A stretch of DNA of 32,610 nucleotides. It comes from a virus (Duplodnaviria; Caudoviricetes). Below the pieces are notes generated by a model that had not been told where the DNA came from, did no database searches, and saw nothing but the letters and a program-made list of their open reading frames with translations. Numbering within the stretch: the first letter of the stretch is position 1; every line of letters starts with the position of its first letter. Below are positions 18,412 through 27,475 of this stretch, piece by piece. The stretch is taken from positions 1-32,610 of the IMG/VR virus record IMGVR_UViG_3300048886_000348. One strand, 5' to 3'. The position numbers were made by a program, and so were the translations under genes.

Positions 18412-18471
18412 ATCCACCTCTCATAATGTATATACATTATAATATATATTGTTGGATTTGTATAGAGGGTT

Positions 18472-18639
18472 TTAGGTTTTTTCTTTGGGTTTTTGACCGT
18501 TCATTGGTTCTTGGTGGTCTAACCATCTTTCTTCCATCATGGTCTTGATTGATTTTATCTGAACTTCCATACAAAGAACTATTGCATATAATATCCCTAT
18601 GAGGATAACATACACTATGTCCATTGCTGTAATTTCCAT
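18472..18639 (-). CDS. Small single-TM protein (55 aa, not in ORF track)
   Basis: Manual translation MEITAMDIVYVILIGILYAIVLCMEVQIKSIKTMMEERWLDHQEPMNGQKPKEKT; TGATG overlap with the nuclease stop. Confidence 0.65.
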   Translation of the reverse strand: MEITAMDIVYVILIGILYAIVLCMEVQIKSIKTMMEERWLDHQEPMNGQKPKEKT

Positions 18640-19058
18640 CACTCTGGCCCTTGACCGTTCTCAATGAGCCACTTCCTATTTTCTAAATGACCTTTTTTAA
18701 TATCATCTTTGCTTTGTCCTTCATAAGGAACTGCATGATGATCCCGAATAACCATTTCATTGAAACATTCTGTTTTAGCTGGATCATATAAATTACCCAA
18801 GATTCTACCAAATTTTCCTTTAGCAGAACTCTCAACTAAAATGTGATCGTATTGTTCTATCCAATCTTTAAGATAATATTTTGCTAAGAGACCAAATTTC
18901 TTTTCTACTTTGTCTCTTGTTCGGCTTTCAGGCGTGTCGATGCCAACGAGTCTTACTCGTCCTTTTTGAAAGAAGTTGAAGCCTAGGTCTAACATCACAT
19001 CAATGGTATCACCGTCAACTACTCTTAATACTTTAGCTTTATATATAAATGGATTCAT
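18639..19058 (-). CDS. Staphylococcal nuclease (SNase/thermonuclease)-family protein
   Basis: RVVDGDTIDV, RVRLVGIDTPESRT, GKFGRILG. Confidence 0.9.
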   Translation of the reverse strand: MNPFIYKAKVLRVVDGDTIDVMLDLGFNFFQKGRVRLVGIDTPESRTRDKVEKKFGLLAKYYLKDWIEQYDHILVESSAKGKFGRILGNLYDPAKTECFNEMVIRDHHAVPYEGQSKDDIKKGHLENRKWLIENGQGPE

Positions 19059-19075
19059 AGTATACCCAATTCTAT

Positions 19076-21604
19076 TTATTGAAAGAAAGAATCTAAACTT
19101 GCGACAGGTTCAACATTCCAGTCAATTAAATTAATAACTGCCTTCAATGGTTCGATAAATGCCTTATCAAACTGTTTATCATAATCAATAAATCGTTTTA
19201 AATCTAATTCGTGTGGTAAAACACTCATAAATGAGATAACATTTTCATTTATCGGGTTTGGAACTGTAAGATATGCAAAATGAATCTTGTCTCCACTCTT
19301 AATCAATTCATATCGTTTATTAATGTTCTTCTTTTTCAATAGATGATTAAATAACAAAGACCCTCTGACATGGATTGGTGTTCCTTTACCGTAGATATGT
19401 GTAGTGTCAGTATACTGTTCAAGATTATTAACTCCTCTCGGTGATGCTACTTCCTCAGGTGGTAAATTCCTAAATTCTTTTCGTGCATTCTCCACAAAAT
19501 CCCATAACACCTCTTCATCTTCTGTCATAACCAATTTAAATGCTTCGGTTAATTTTCCTCTAATCCATTGTGGTGTAGAACTCTTTGCAGTTTCAATACC
19601 CATCATTTTGAGTTTTGGTTCTGAATATCTAACACCCTCTGAATCATATACATTAAGAATATATCTTTTCTTTGCAGTCCAAATACCTCTGTCTGCAATT
19701 ACCTCTCTACCCATTTCCATCTTTTGTTGGAACGCGTTGGTGTATTCTGCAAGGTCTTTAAATCCATCTGTCAATACATCCTCAATTTTGTCCTTTGCAA
19801 CCGTATCTAAAAAATCAATAATTTTATTCTTTGGAGTGTCATCATCAAACACTTGGGATACCAATTTATCCATAGTAATGTATACCGAATCCGTATCCAT
19901 TGCAATCACATAGTCTTCGTCCTCTGTTTGGAGAATCTTATTAAGGTAATCATTAATAGTTTTTTCAGCCCATTTGATTACCATCTGTCCTGAGGTTGTA
20001 ATTGCCTCTGCAAGATCAACATTAAAGAAGGCAAAGTATTGATTAGCAAGAGCTCCGTATGCACTGTTTAAGGCGATCTTTCTGACTTGTTGGTTGTTAT
20101 AAGCTCGTTTAATTAAGGTGTCTAGTTTAACTCTTCTTTCTGCATCTGCACTCTGATATTCAACCTGATACTTAATCATTTTCTTTTTCCACATACTTCT
20201 TTCATCATAGAATTTTTCCATGAGTTCGGGAAGGAAACCTTGTTTGTCTCGATTGAACACTGCCCCATTAGGTGTTACCGTAAAGTTGTCTATATTTGAA
20301 ATTGCGGAAAGTTTCCTTAATTCTACTTCTCGATTGAAATCACGGCTTAGGACACTTGCGACACTTATATCGACCTTACCTTTAATCATCTTCTCAGGAG
20401 AAATATTATACTGCATAATTAAGTGAGGATATAGACTATTCAAGTCAAATGACACCACCCAATTATGACCACCCACTTGTGGTTCTTTTACATAAGCTCC
20501 GACAATCGAATGAGTCTTTCCATCTCTTCTAAGTTTTTGTGGTGGTGTTGCAATGTTCTGTTCTTTTAAGAAGTTGTAAATGATGGTTTCCCAATACTTA
20601 ACCATTCCAAAAGTATCATTAAAATTACACTTTGCATTGTAAGACATCGTTAAGACCAATTCAATTAATCCTAACTTCTCTTCTAACTCTTCAATAAGAA
20701 CTACATCCCTGACATTATACTCTAGGAACTTATGATAATTCTCTCGGTAAAGTGTATGAAGATTTCCATACTCAGAATAATCTAACTTACCTTTACCTAA
20801 TTCTACATTTGCAATATGATCTAGTTTATAACTCTCTTGATTAACAAATGTATGTTTTCTATATAAGTCCAAATAATCAACAATGTTAATTCCATACAAG
20901 GTGTATGCCATGTTCTTTTGATAACCCATCTGATTCCATTCTCTTACATCAGACATTTTCCATGGAGATAATTTCTTATGTTCACCGTCTCCAAATAATC
21001 TATCGATACGGTTACAAAGATAAGTTACATCAAAAGCATCAACATTCCAACCAGTAATAATATCAAACGATTGTTTGATCCAATAACCCATAAACTCTCT
21101 TAACAATTCATGTTCATCTTCACAGTTATGATATATTACTCCTTGTTTTTCCCATTCACCAATTCCAAATGTATGTGCTGTTTTACCAAAAGGTTTTATG
21201 GTTATTGCATTAACCTTTTCTTTTGCTTCGGCTGGTTCGGGAAATCCCTCTTCACATTCACACTCAATATCGAGAGCTGCAATTCGGATTAAATCTTGAT
21301 TGAATTTTATATTCCCTTGGAATTTATCTGCAATATAAGTGTAGACATATCTGTCATATCCATGAATCTCAAATCCATGAGTGTCTTTATATTTTTCTCT
21401 GAACTTTCTTGCACCACCCATTGAATTGAGATTGACAACCTCAAGTGGTCTACCATCTAAGGAATGATATGGAGATTCACCTTTCTTAGATGGAATGTAA
21501 TGATTAGGACGATATGAAACAGACAACTTTTGTTGTTTGTTATCTTTATATCCTTTGACGAGAATCTTGTCGCGTGTGCGACAGACATTTGTATAAAAAT
21601 CCAT
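19076..21604 (-). CDS. gp43: Family B DNA polymerase (T4 gp43)
   Basis: Exo DIE, TGWNVDAFD, YNVRD; Pol SFDLNSLYPH, KIALNSAYG, DTDS, KKRY, MGIE. Confidence 0.97.
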   Translation of the reverse strand: MDFYTNVCRTRDKILVKGYKDNKQQKLSVSYRPNHYIPSKKGESPYHSLDGRPLEVVNLNSMGGARKFREKYKDTHGFEIHGYDRYVYTYIADKFQGNIKFNQDLIRIAALDIECECEEGFPEPAEAKEKVNAITIKPFGKTAHTFGIGEWEKQGVIYHNCEDEHELLREFMGYWIKQSFDIITGWNVDAFDVTYLCNRIDRLFGDGEHKKLSPWKMSDVREWNQMGYQKNMAYTLYGINIVDYLDLYRKHTFVNQESYKLDHIANVELGKGKLDYSEYGNLHTLYRENYHKFLEYNVRDVVLIEELEEKLGLIELVLTMSYNAKCNFNDTFGMVKYWETIIYNFLKEQNIATPPQKLRRDGKTHSIVGAYVKEPQVGGHNWVVSFDLNSLYPHLIMQYNISPEKMIKGKVDISVASVLSRDFNREVELRKLSAISNIDNFTVTPNGAVFNRDKQGFLPELMEKFYDERSMWKKKMIKYQVEYQSADAERRVKLDTLIKRAYNNQQVRKIALNSAYGALANQYFAFFNVDLAEAITTSGQMVIKWAEKTINDYLNKILQTEDEDYVIAMDTDSVYITMDKLVSQVFDDDTPKNKIIDFLDTVAKDKIEDVLTDGFKDLAEYTNAFQQKMEMGREVIADRGIWTAKKRYILNVYDSEGVRYSEPKLKMMGIETAKSSTPQWIRGKLTEAFKLVMTEDEEVLWDFVENARKEFRNLPPEEVASPRGVNNLEQYTDTTHIYGKGTPIHVRGSLLFNHLLKKKNINKRYELIKSGDKIHFAYLTVPNPINENVISFMSVLPHELDLKRFIDYDKQFDKAFIEPLKAVINLIDWNVEPVASLDSFFQ

Positions 21605-21610
21605 ACTGTT

Positions 21611-21619
21611 ATTATACCA
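21611..21619 (-). promoter_or_regulatory. Extended -10 promoter (TGG-TATAAT), 6 nt before gp43 ATG
   Basis: TGnTATAAT; no SD before start. Confidence 0.6.
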
Positions 21620-21625
21620 CAGTAT

Positions 21626-21862
21626 CTATTCTTTTAATAGTGTCTTTTCTACTCCAAATTGAGTTTCTATAGCAGATTTTATATCAATATATTTTGCAAT
21701 TAACTCAATTTCTTTTTCTATTGTTTCCAAGTGATCAGGATGGTCTGCGACACCTGTTGGATTTTGTAAATGTATTTCTACATTCGTTGTGTGTTTTTGA
21801 ATTTGTGCATCTGCACTTAGCACTAGCGTTTTTAGGATTTCATCCTTCATGTGTATAGTCAT
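21626..21862 (-). CDS. Small conserved phage hypothetical protein
   Basis: KH..NVE..LQNPTGVADHPD.LETIEKE; start reassigned to MTIHMKD to avoid the overlap. Confidence 0.7.
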   Translation of the reverse strand: MTIHMKDEILKTLVLSADAQIQKHTTNVEIHLQNPTGVADHPDHLETIEKEIELIAKYIDIKSAIETQFGVEKTLLKE

Positions 21863-21869
21863 AATATAA

Positions 21870-22154
21870 TTATTCCCCTCTTTTGTTACCAGTGGCAACT
21901 TTATAATTCGTTTCAAGAGCTGGTCTAGGTTCAAAACATGAAACAACTTGTCCCCATGGAACAGTAAAGGTATACTCTTTTGCATAAGCATGCCATGGTG
22001 CAAAACTAACACTCATTGACTGAGTATCTTCATTTGCATCTAATATAAGAACATTACAATCTACAATCGTATATGTTCGTCTTAACCAATTTGTGGCCAC
22101 GAATCCAATAAGGGTTTGACCACCAACTAACCTTAAACATTTTACCTTAGGCAT
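21870..22154 (-). CDS. Small Sm-like phage protein
   Basis: VKCLRLVGGQTLIG...FAPW..YA...P...LETNY pattern; position upstream of gp43 as in marine T4-likes. Confidence 0.65.
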   Translation of the reverse strand: MPKVKCLRLVGGQTLIGFVATNWLRRTYTIVDCNVLILDANEDTQSMSVSFAPWHAYAKEYTFTVPWGQVVSCFEPRPALETNYKVATGNKRGE

Positions 22155-22587
22155 TTAATACTAACTCCTGTAATTCTAAAGACCTTCGACCTACTTGACC
22201 GAACCATCTTGAATCTTCCATTTCTACTGCCATTTCTTTCCATTCATGACGATTTGCACAACCTAACATTCTTCTAAATCTAGAAAGTCTAGTTGCACCT
22301 AAATTAAAACACATATTTACCAAAACATGTTGGATATTTTCGGGAAGATCATCGAAATCATCTACCAAATGTTGAGTTTCAACCAAATGTGTATGAAAAT
22401 CTATTTCATAATATCCATCAACAGTATCTTGTGAAACAGGTGTTCCGACTGGTTGATCATATTCATGATCATCGGGTTGTATCAAATGACCTACTCCAAG
22501 TGTTTTTAATCCTAAAGAATCCTCATAGATTTCTAACACTTCACCCTCATGTCTCTTTATCTGTTCCTTCAATATCTCTTTGTTCAT
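22147..22587 (-). CDS. Phage lysozyme (GH24, T4 lysozyme-like)
   Basis: HEG....YEDSLG..TLGVGH catalytic E-D-T triad; NMCFNLG, DSRWFGQVGRR. Confidence 0.9.
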   Translation of the reverse strand: MNKEILKEQIKRHEGEVLEIYEDSLGLKTLGVGHLIQPDDHEYDQPVGTPVSQDTVDGYYEIDFHTHLVETQHLVDDFDDLPENIQHVLVNMCFNLGATRLSRFRRMLGCANRHEWKEMAVEMEDSRWFGQVGRRSLELQELVLNA

Positions 22588-22858
22588 GTTTTATCTTTTC
22601 CTCTATGAGTTCTATTAATATATCACCCATAAGTGTGTTCAGTTCTGTATTATTTAGGAGTGTTTCAAAGTCCTCTCCTGACTCAGGAAGCTTTCTAATC
22701 GTTCTTTGAAAATTTAAGTTAGGTTTACCGTCTTCAAATTGAACTTTACCATATTGGTATACTAAACCTATCCATTTTCCTTCTAAAATCTCTATAGCTG
22801 CATCTTCCTCATTAGGATTTTCTACAACTTGATATACTGTTCCAAATAATTTTGTCAT
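22547..22858 (-). CDS. Conserved T4-like hypothetical protein
   Basis: GLVYQYGKVQF...LNF...MGDILIELIE; TAATG overlap with PRTase stop fixes the start. Confidence 0.7.
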   Translation of the reverse strand: MTKLFGTVYQVVENPNEEDAAIEILEGKWIGLVYQYGKVQFEDGKPNLNFQRTIRKLPESGEDFETLLNNTELNTLMGDILIELIEEKIKHEQRDIEGTDKET

Positions 22859-23274
22859 TATACTTCCCATGGGAATACTACCCATTTTCCTTCGTTAAGA
22901 TGTAAAAATTGCACATCTTCATTATTAGGTCTTCCAAATAAACATACTGGATGAACATTCTCTTTATTTATAAATTTTAAAATGCTTTTCATCGTTGTTC
23001 CAGTATCATAAATGTCATCTACTAATAATATTCCTTTGTTTACCTGATGCCCCATCTTGTTTAATATCCAAGCTGGACTCTTGTCCTTACCATCCCTAGT
23101 TTGAAATCCTATAATGCTCATTTTCACATTTTTTATATTAGATAAATGTGTTGCAATAGGAAGACTACCTCTGTAGATTCCAATCACATGAGTAAACTCT
23201 ATATTATCTGCAATATAGTGAATGTCCTTATTATACTGACCATACTTATATATAAGCTTAGGTGAAGAACTCAT
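22858..23274 (-). CDS. Type I phosphoribosyltransferase (xanthine/guanine PRT-like)
   Basis: IGIYRGSL, PRPP-binding LLVDDIYDTGTT, C-terminal WVVFPWE as in Gpt. Confidence 0.88.
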   Translation of the reverse strand: MSSSPKLIYKYGQYNKDIHYIADNIEFTHVIGIYRGSLPIATHLSNIKNVKMSIIGFQTRDGKDKSPAWILNKMGHQVNKGILLVDDIYDTGTTMKSILKFINKENVHPVCLFGRPNNEDVQFLHLNEGKWVVFPWEV

Positions 23275-24553
23275 TTAACGAACCCCCCCATTGTTCGGGT
23301 AATTTATCTTGGGCTCCTTGTAAAGGCAACCACTCATTAACAAATTGTCCATAATCAGTTATCTTCGATAAACCCCTATCATTCAATAGTGATGGGTTAT
23401 TAGTATATTTATCTACAAAGTCCATGTAATGTTCAACAACTTGCATCTGATTAAAGAACGGAATCAACTTTGCACCGTCTTTACCTATGTCACTGTTGTA
23501 TAATCTTTCTTTATCAGTATTCTTTCTTGACCACTTAGTGCATTCTTGAATCATAAAATCATGACTGATAATTCCAAATTCTTCAAAAGCTTCAAAATTT
23601 TGTTTCAACATATCACTGAATACTGGAACTAATTGTTCTTCATAAATCTCTTGTTCAGATTTAGTTGTTGTAGCTGGACTATCCATATCGATATTCATCC
23701 AGTTTTTATCTCTATACCTAGAGAAAAACCATGAGTTTGCCTGAGTAGATGAATCATAAGATACATTTTCTACAAAATCAAAATAGTCAGGTGATACAAA
23801 AAATGGCATCATCATTTCATGTGAACCTAATCCAAGTAAATGTATGTTCTTTTTAAGTCTCATTGGAATTTGAAAATCTTTAACTGAGTAGATCATTTCC
23901 ATTCGGTTATTAAATCCACTTCCACTACAAGCAGAGGCAAGGGAAATACTAACACATCTTTCTAATTCTTTTTCGGTTAAACCATTAACAATGGTTTCAA
24001 TATATTCTCTATATGATTCTAAATCTTGTCCTTGAACAATAAGTGTAACCTTAGTGTCAGAGCCTAATGCTTCAAACATTTCTATTTGTCTTTTAACATT
24101 TGCAAGAGTTGTTCTTGCAGTTTTACCAACCTCTTCTCTAATAAATCGTCTACCAGCTGTAGATGTTTTCATAGACCATCCACTATTTGAACCGTCAAAT
24201 TCCACTGGAATATCATCAAAGATCATTGCAACATCTGACCAAGCTGCTTGGTGTCGGTAAATTTTATCTTTTATCTCATGTGTTAAACCACCCTTAGTTC
24301 GTGATAGTTGAAGCCCACCACTGTCTGAGAAATGGTGATGCCAAGAAGGCATTAAGGTTCTAATTACTTCACCATGATTTGGTTCAGTATAAGAATTGAA
24401 TAACATTGAACAAGTCTGATAATCATACTTGCTGTTCATGTGCCAAATCTTTCTATTAAAAGTCTCAGCATAAGGTTGAAGAGTTGGTGCCTTAATATAA
24501 AGATCACCAGTTCCCATGGTCATACCTGAGATTACATATTCAAAATTAATCAT
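23258..24553 (-). CDS. TGT-fold guanine transglycosylase, DpdA-like
   Basis: DSGG, MIFDDIP, IVQG, IHLLGLG, SYDSS align with TGT/DpdA core motifs; no CxCxxC zinc site; start reassigned to MINFEY. Confidence 0.75.
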   Translation of the reverse strand: MINFEYVISGMTMGTGDLYIKAPTLQPYAETFNRKIWHMNSKYDYQTCSMLFNSYTEPNHGEVIRTLMPSWHHHFSDSGGLQLSRTKGGLTHEIKDKIYRHQAAWSDVAMIFDDIPVEFDGSNSGWSMKTSTAGRRFIREEVGKTARTTLANVKRQIEMFEALGSDTKVTLIVQGQDLESYREYIETIVNGLTEKELERCVSISLASACSGSGFNNRMEMIYSVKDFQIPMRLKKNIHLLGLGSHEMMMPFFVSPDYFDFVENVSYDSSTQANSWFFSRYRDKNWMNIDMDSPATTTKSEQEIYEEQLVPVFSDMLKQNFEAFEEFGIISHDFMIQECTKWSRKNTDKERLYNSDIGKDGAKLIPFFNQMQVVEHYMDFVDKYTNNPSLLNDRGLSKITDYGQFVNEWLPLQGAQDKLPEQWGGSLNEFFT

Positions 24554-25205
24554 GGCTATGAACGATAGACATAAACTCACTTCTTGCTTCGGGAATATCA
24601 AAGTATGCACCACCCAATCTACTTGTCACCATAGATGAGTTTACATCTTCAACACCTCTTGCTTTTACACAGAAGTGATCACACTCCATATAAACTGCAA
24701 CATTATCTGTTCCAAGAATAAGTTGTAATGCTCTAAAAACTTGTTCTGTTAATCGTTCTTGAACTTGTGGTCTTCTTGCAAAGAAGTTTACTACTCTATT
24801 TAATTTGGATAATCCTATTACAAAACCATTGGCAGCTGGTATGTAAGATACATGACATTTACCATAGATGGTTTGAAAATGATGTTCACAAACTGATTTA
24901 ACAATGATATTCTTTTGAACTACCATTGAATCAAATGCCATCTTATTTTCAAAAGTTGTGCATCTAGGAAATTTATTATAATCCATTCCACTGAATAATT
25001 CATCAAAAAACATTGATGCAACTCTGTTTGGACTATCCCTCATGGAATCATCATCCATATCACAACCAATTTTTTCCATTATATCTCGGAATTTGTTTCC
25101 AACATATTCAACATTATGTTCATAACCACCGTTCATTGGAGTTTCTACACCCAGCTCAACTAAATGGTCTTGCACCTCTTTTCCTAATTTTGCATCATAT
25201 TTCAT
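24546..25205 (-). CDS. folE: GTP cyclohydrolase I
   Basis: SPNRVA, SVCEHH, GLSKLNR, ARRPQVQERLT, HFCVKARGV. Confidence 0.95.
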   Translation of the reverse strand: MKYDAKLGKEVQDHLVELGVETPMNGGYEHNVEYVGNKFRDIMEKIGCDMDDDSMRDSPNRVASMFFDELFSGMDYNKFPRCTTFENKMAFDSMVVQKNIIVKSVCEHHFQTIYGKCHVSYIPAANGFVIGLSKLNRVVNFFARRPQVQERLTEQVFRALQLILGTDNVAVYMECDHFCVKARGVEDVNSSMVTSRLGGAYFDIPEARSEFMSIVHSHD

Positions 25206-25212
25206 ACTACTA

Positions 25213-26073
25213 TTATCCCATAAATTCCCTTAAATTGCTAGTGGGTTTCTCAACTATTAGTAAAACCTCATCTGCATATTCGGGATATATTATTGGAAAG
25301 AATGACATTAAAAAAGGTGTCGGTAAGTATTCTTTAAACTTCTGATACATTTCGTTGTCTTCCATTAGTTTATCAAACTTTCGTTTCTTAGAATGTAAAC
25401 CAAATACATTCTTTATTTCAAATCCAGTTGCTTCACATTCTGCTCTTAATTCATCCAAGTCCCACTCATATAAATGTGCAGCGTATTGAGTGTCATAAGG
25501 GTCTTTCTTTTCTACTGTGTTAGGACAAGACAAAAACATCTGATGGCCTGGCTTCAATAGTTTATAACACTCTCGTAAAGATGCAGCTCCATCTTCTTTT
25601 TGCATGTGTTCAATAGATGAAGTGTAAACTAGGAAATCAACTGACTCATGTTCAATCTTATCTGCCATATTTGCAACATTAGACAATACATGTCTAACTT
25701 TAAAATCGTAATAATCTAATCCTTTCTTTTCGGTGTTTCCTTTATCATCAATTCTTTTGATCCCTGACCAACGATTTTGACTCTCAATATTTGGTTCACA
25801 AATATCCACACCAATGTATTCAGATATATTACTTCTGTAATATCTTATTAATGGAAGTAATAATCCTCTTCCACAACAAGCATCTAATACAACCCAGTCT
25901 TTCTTCATCATTTCAACTGCTTTATAATGTTGAATAAGATTCATTACATCTAAACCACTGAAAAATCCATCCCTAAATTGTGCAAAGAAATTCCTCATTT
26001 GATATGTCGTTGCTGTGACTGTTGACGGATCAATATCATCCGTTATCTTTTTTACTAAATTGTATTCTTCCAT
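25213..26073 (-). CDS. Class I SAM-dependent methyltransferase
   Basis: VLDACCGRG motif I, YIGVDI, SSIEH, LLKPG..MFLSCPN; start reassigned to MEEYN just after the queE stop. Confidence 0.85.
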   Translation of the reverse strand: MEEYNLVKKITDDIDPSTVTATTYQMRNFFAQFRDGFFSGLDVMNLIQHYKAVEMMKKDWVVLDACCGRGLLLPLIRYYRSNISEYIGVDICEPNIESQNRWSGIKRIDDKGNTEKKGLDYYDFKVRHVLSNVANMADKIEHESVDFLVYTSSIEHMQKEDGAASLRECYKLLKPGHQMFLSCPNTVEKKDPYDTQYAAHLYEWDLDELRAECEATGFEIKNVFGLHSKKRKFDKLMEDNEMYQKFKEYLPTPFLMSFFPIIYPEYADEVLLIVEKPTSNLREFMG

Positions 26074-26074
26074 T

Positions 26075-26923
26075 TTATGTTCCAATTTGATTTCCCCAAA
26101 TATAACAATGCACCCTTGCAGAAACATTGTATCCTCTATCCATTGTTTGTTCTGCAACCATAGCTGCATTGTCGTGTTGACTTTCTTCTGTTGCACCAAC
26201 AGGCATTATCCATACTGGATATTCTACTCCTGCTTTTCTAAACTGTTTTATTGCATCTTCTATTTCATCCCAAGACCTATCTGAACCATTACAAACAAAC
26301 TTTAACTGGCCTGCCGATGATGCACGATTATATCCAGCAACTACCTCAGGTCTAATTCCATCCTTTTCACCACTGGTTCCAAATATCTTAGGACTAACAG
26401 AAAAGAAAAATTCAGTATTTGATGCTTGTATCGTATTATGTAAATCGGGTATTAAGTCTCTTGTTCCATTAGTTTCAATAGTAATCTTCGGAAATCTTTT
26501 TACAGACATAGGATGTTTTATACAGACAACAAGAAATTCTATTATTTTTACAATGTTCTTTTGTGCAGCTTTAAGTAATGGTTCACCACCTGTAAATGCA
26601 AGATGATTCTCATGTTTTAATTGAGCAAGTAATTTCTCAACAACATCTTCAACAGTTTCTTTCTTTTGAAGATGTTTATATCTCTTTGACCATGAATAAG
26701 ATGAATCACAACCATAAGGAAAAACTGGTAAGTCTTCTACCTTTGTAATATCTGTTAATGGAATTTCAAGATAAGGAAGTTTATATGTTGATGGATCAGT
26801 AGGGTCTTTTTGTCCAAAACCTTGGCATTCAAGATTACAACCAAAAAATCGCAACCAAACAGTTGTTACTCCTGTGTAATGTCCTTCCCCTTGTATACTT
26901 TTAAATATTTCTGAATATAACAT
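26075..26923 (-). CDS. queE: 7-carboxy-7-deazaguanine synthase (radical SAM)
   Basis: EIFKSIQGEG, LRFFGCNLEC...CDS, TGGEP, IETNG, SVSPK, KFV, RVH. Confidence 0.92.
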   Translation of the reverse strand: MLYSEIFKSIQGEGHYTGVTTVWLRFFGCNLECQGFGQKDPTDPSTYKLPYLEIPLTDITKVEDLPVFPYGCDSSYSWSKRYKHLQKKETVEDVVEKLLAQLKHENHLAFTGGEPLLKAAQKNIVKIIEFLVVCIKHPMSVKRFPKITIETNGTRDLIPDLHNTIQASNTEFFFSVSPKIFGTSGEKDGIRPEVVAGYNRASSAGQLKFVCNGSDRSWDEIEDAIKQFRKAGVEYPVWIMPVGATEESQHDNAAMVAEQTMDRGYNVSARVHCYIWGNQIGT

Positions 26924-27447
26924 TATTTGAGAACTGCCAGATCACCGTGCAACATTTCCTTGTTGATGTCTGTCAATACTTCAAATATTAATCTATCAGG
27001 GTCTTTTCTTGGTTCATAAATTGCACTATTTTTTGCACATTCCGAGTGGTGACTTTCTTCAACCCAACATCTTCCATCATATCTTTCTAGTAAAAAGGCG
27101 TCAACATACTCACCAACATACTGTGCTAATCCTTCACAGCTTATTAATGGGAATGTTCTTAATTGACAGTGACCTTCTTGAGAAAGTTTTTGAAATGTCG
27201 GAACTAAAGGGTCATCGGATTGCAAAATAACAGTGTGATCGAACCACTCTTCTAATTGTCTTTTAATGTCTTTTAAACCACCAAAGTCTACTACGAAACC
27301 TTGTTTATCTAAATTATCACAACCAAAAACGAATTTTATAGAGCGATCGTAACCGTGTAGCAAATAGCAATCGGTGTTTGATCTCCAATTCCTATATGCA
27401 CATGGGCCGATCTCTTTGAACTCTTTTGTAGATTTAAATTGACTCAT
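26923..27447 (-). CDS. queD: 6-carboxy-5,6,7,8-tetrahydropterin synthase
   Basis: T-fold CYLLHGY, VVDFGGLKDIK, FDH, SCE; TAATG coupling to queE. Confidence 0.88.
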   Translation of the reverse strand: MSQFKSTKEFKEIGPCAYRNWRSNTDCYLLHGYDRSIKFVFGCDNLDKQGFVVDFGGLKDIKRQLEEWFDHTVILQSDDPLVPTFQKLSQEGHCQLRTFPLISCEGLAQYVGEYVDAFLLERYDGRCWVEESHHSECAKNSAIYEPRKDPDRLIFEVLTDINKEMLHGDLAVLK

Positions 27448-27475
27448 CCTATATGCACTTCATTCATTATTAAAT

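Noticed and set aside
18437-18664. 75-aa minus-strand ORF in the track
   Set aside because: The alternative frame 18472..18639 has a TGATG-coupled ATG and a clear TM helix
16014-21604. Inteins or introns in gp43, uvsX or gp41
   Set aside because: Lengths are normal and motifs contiguous; no splice-junction or homing endonuclease insert seen
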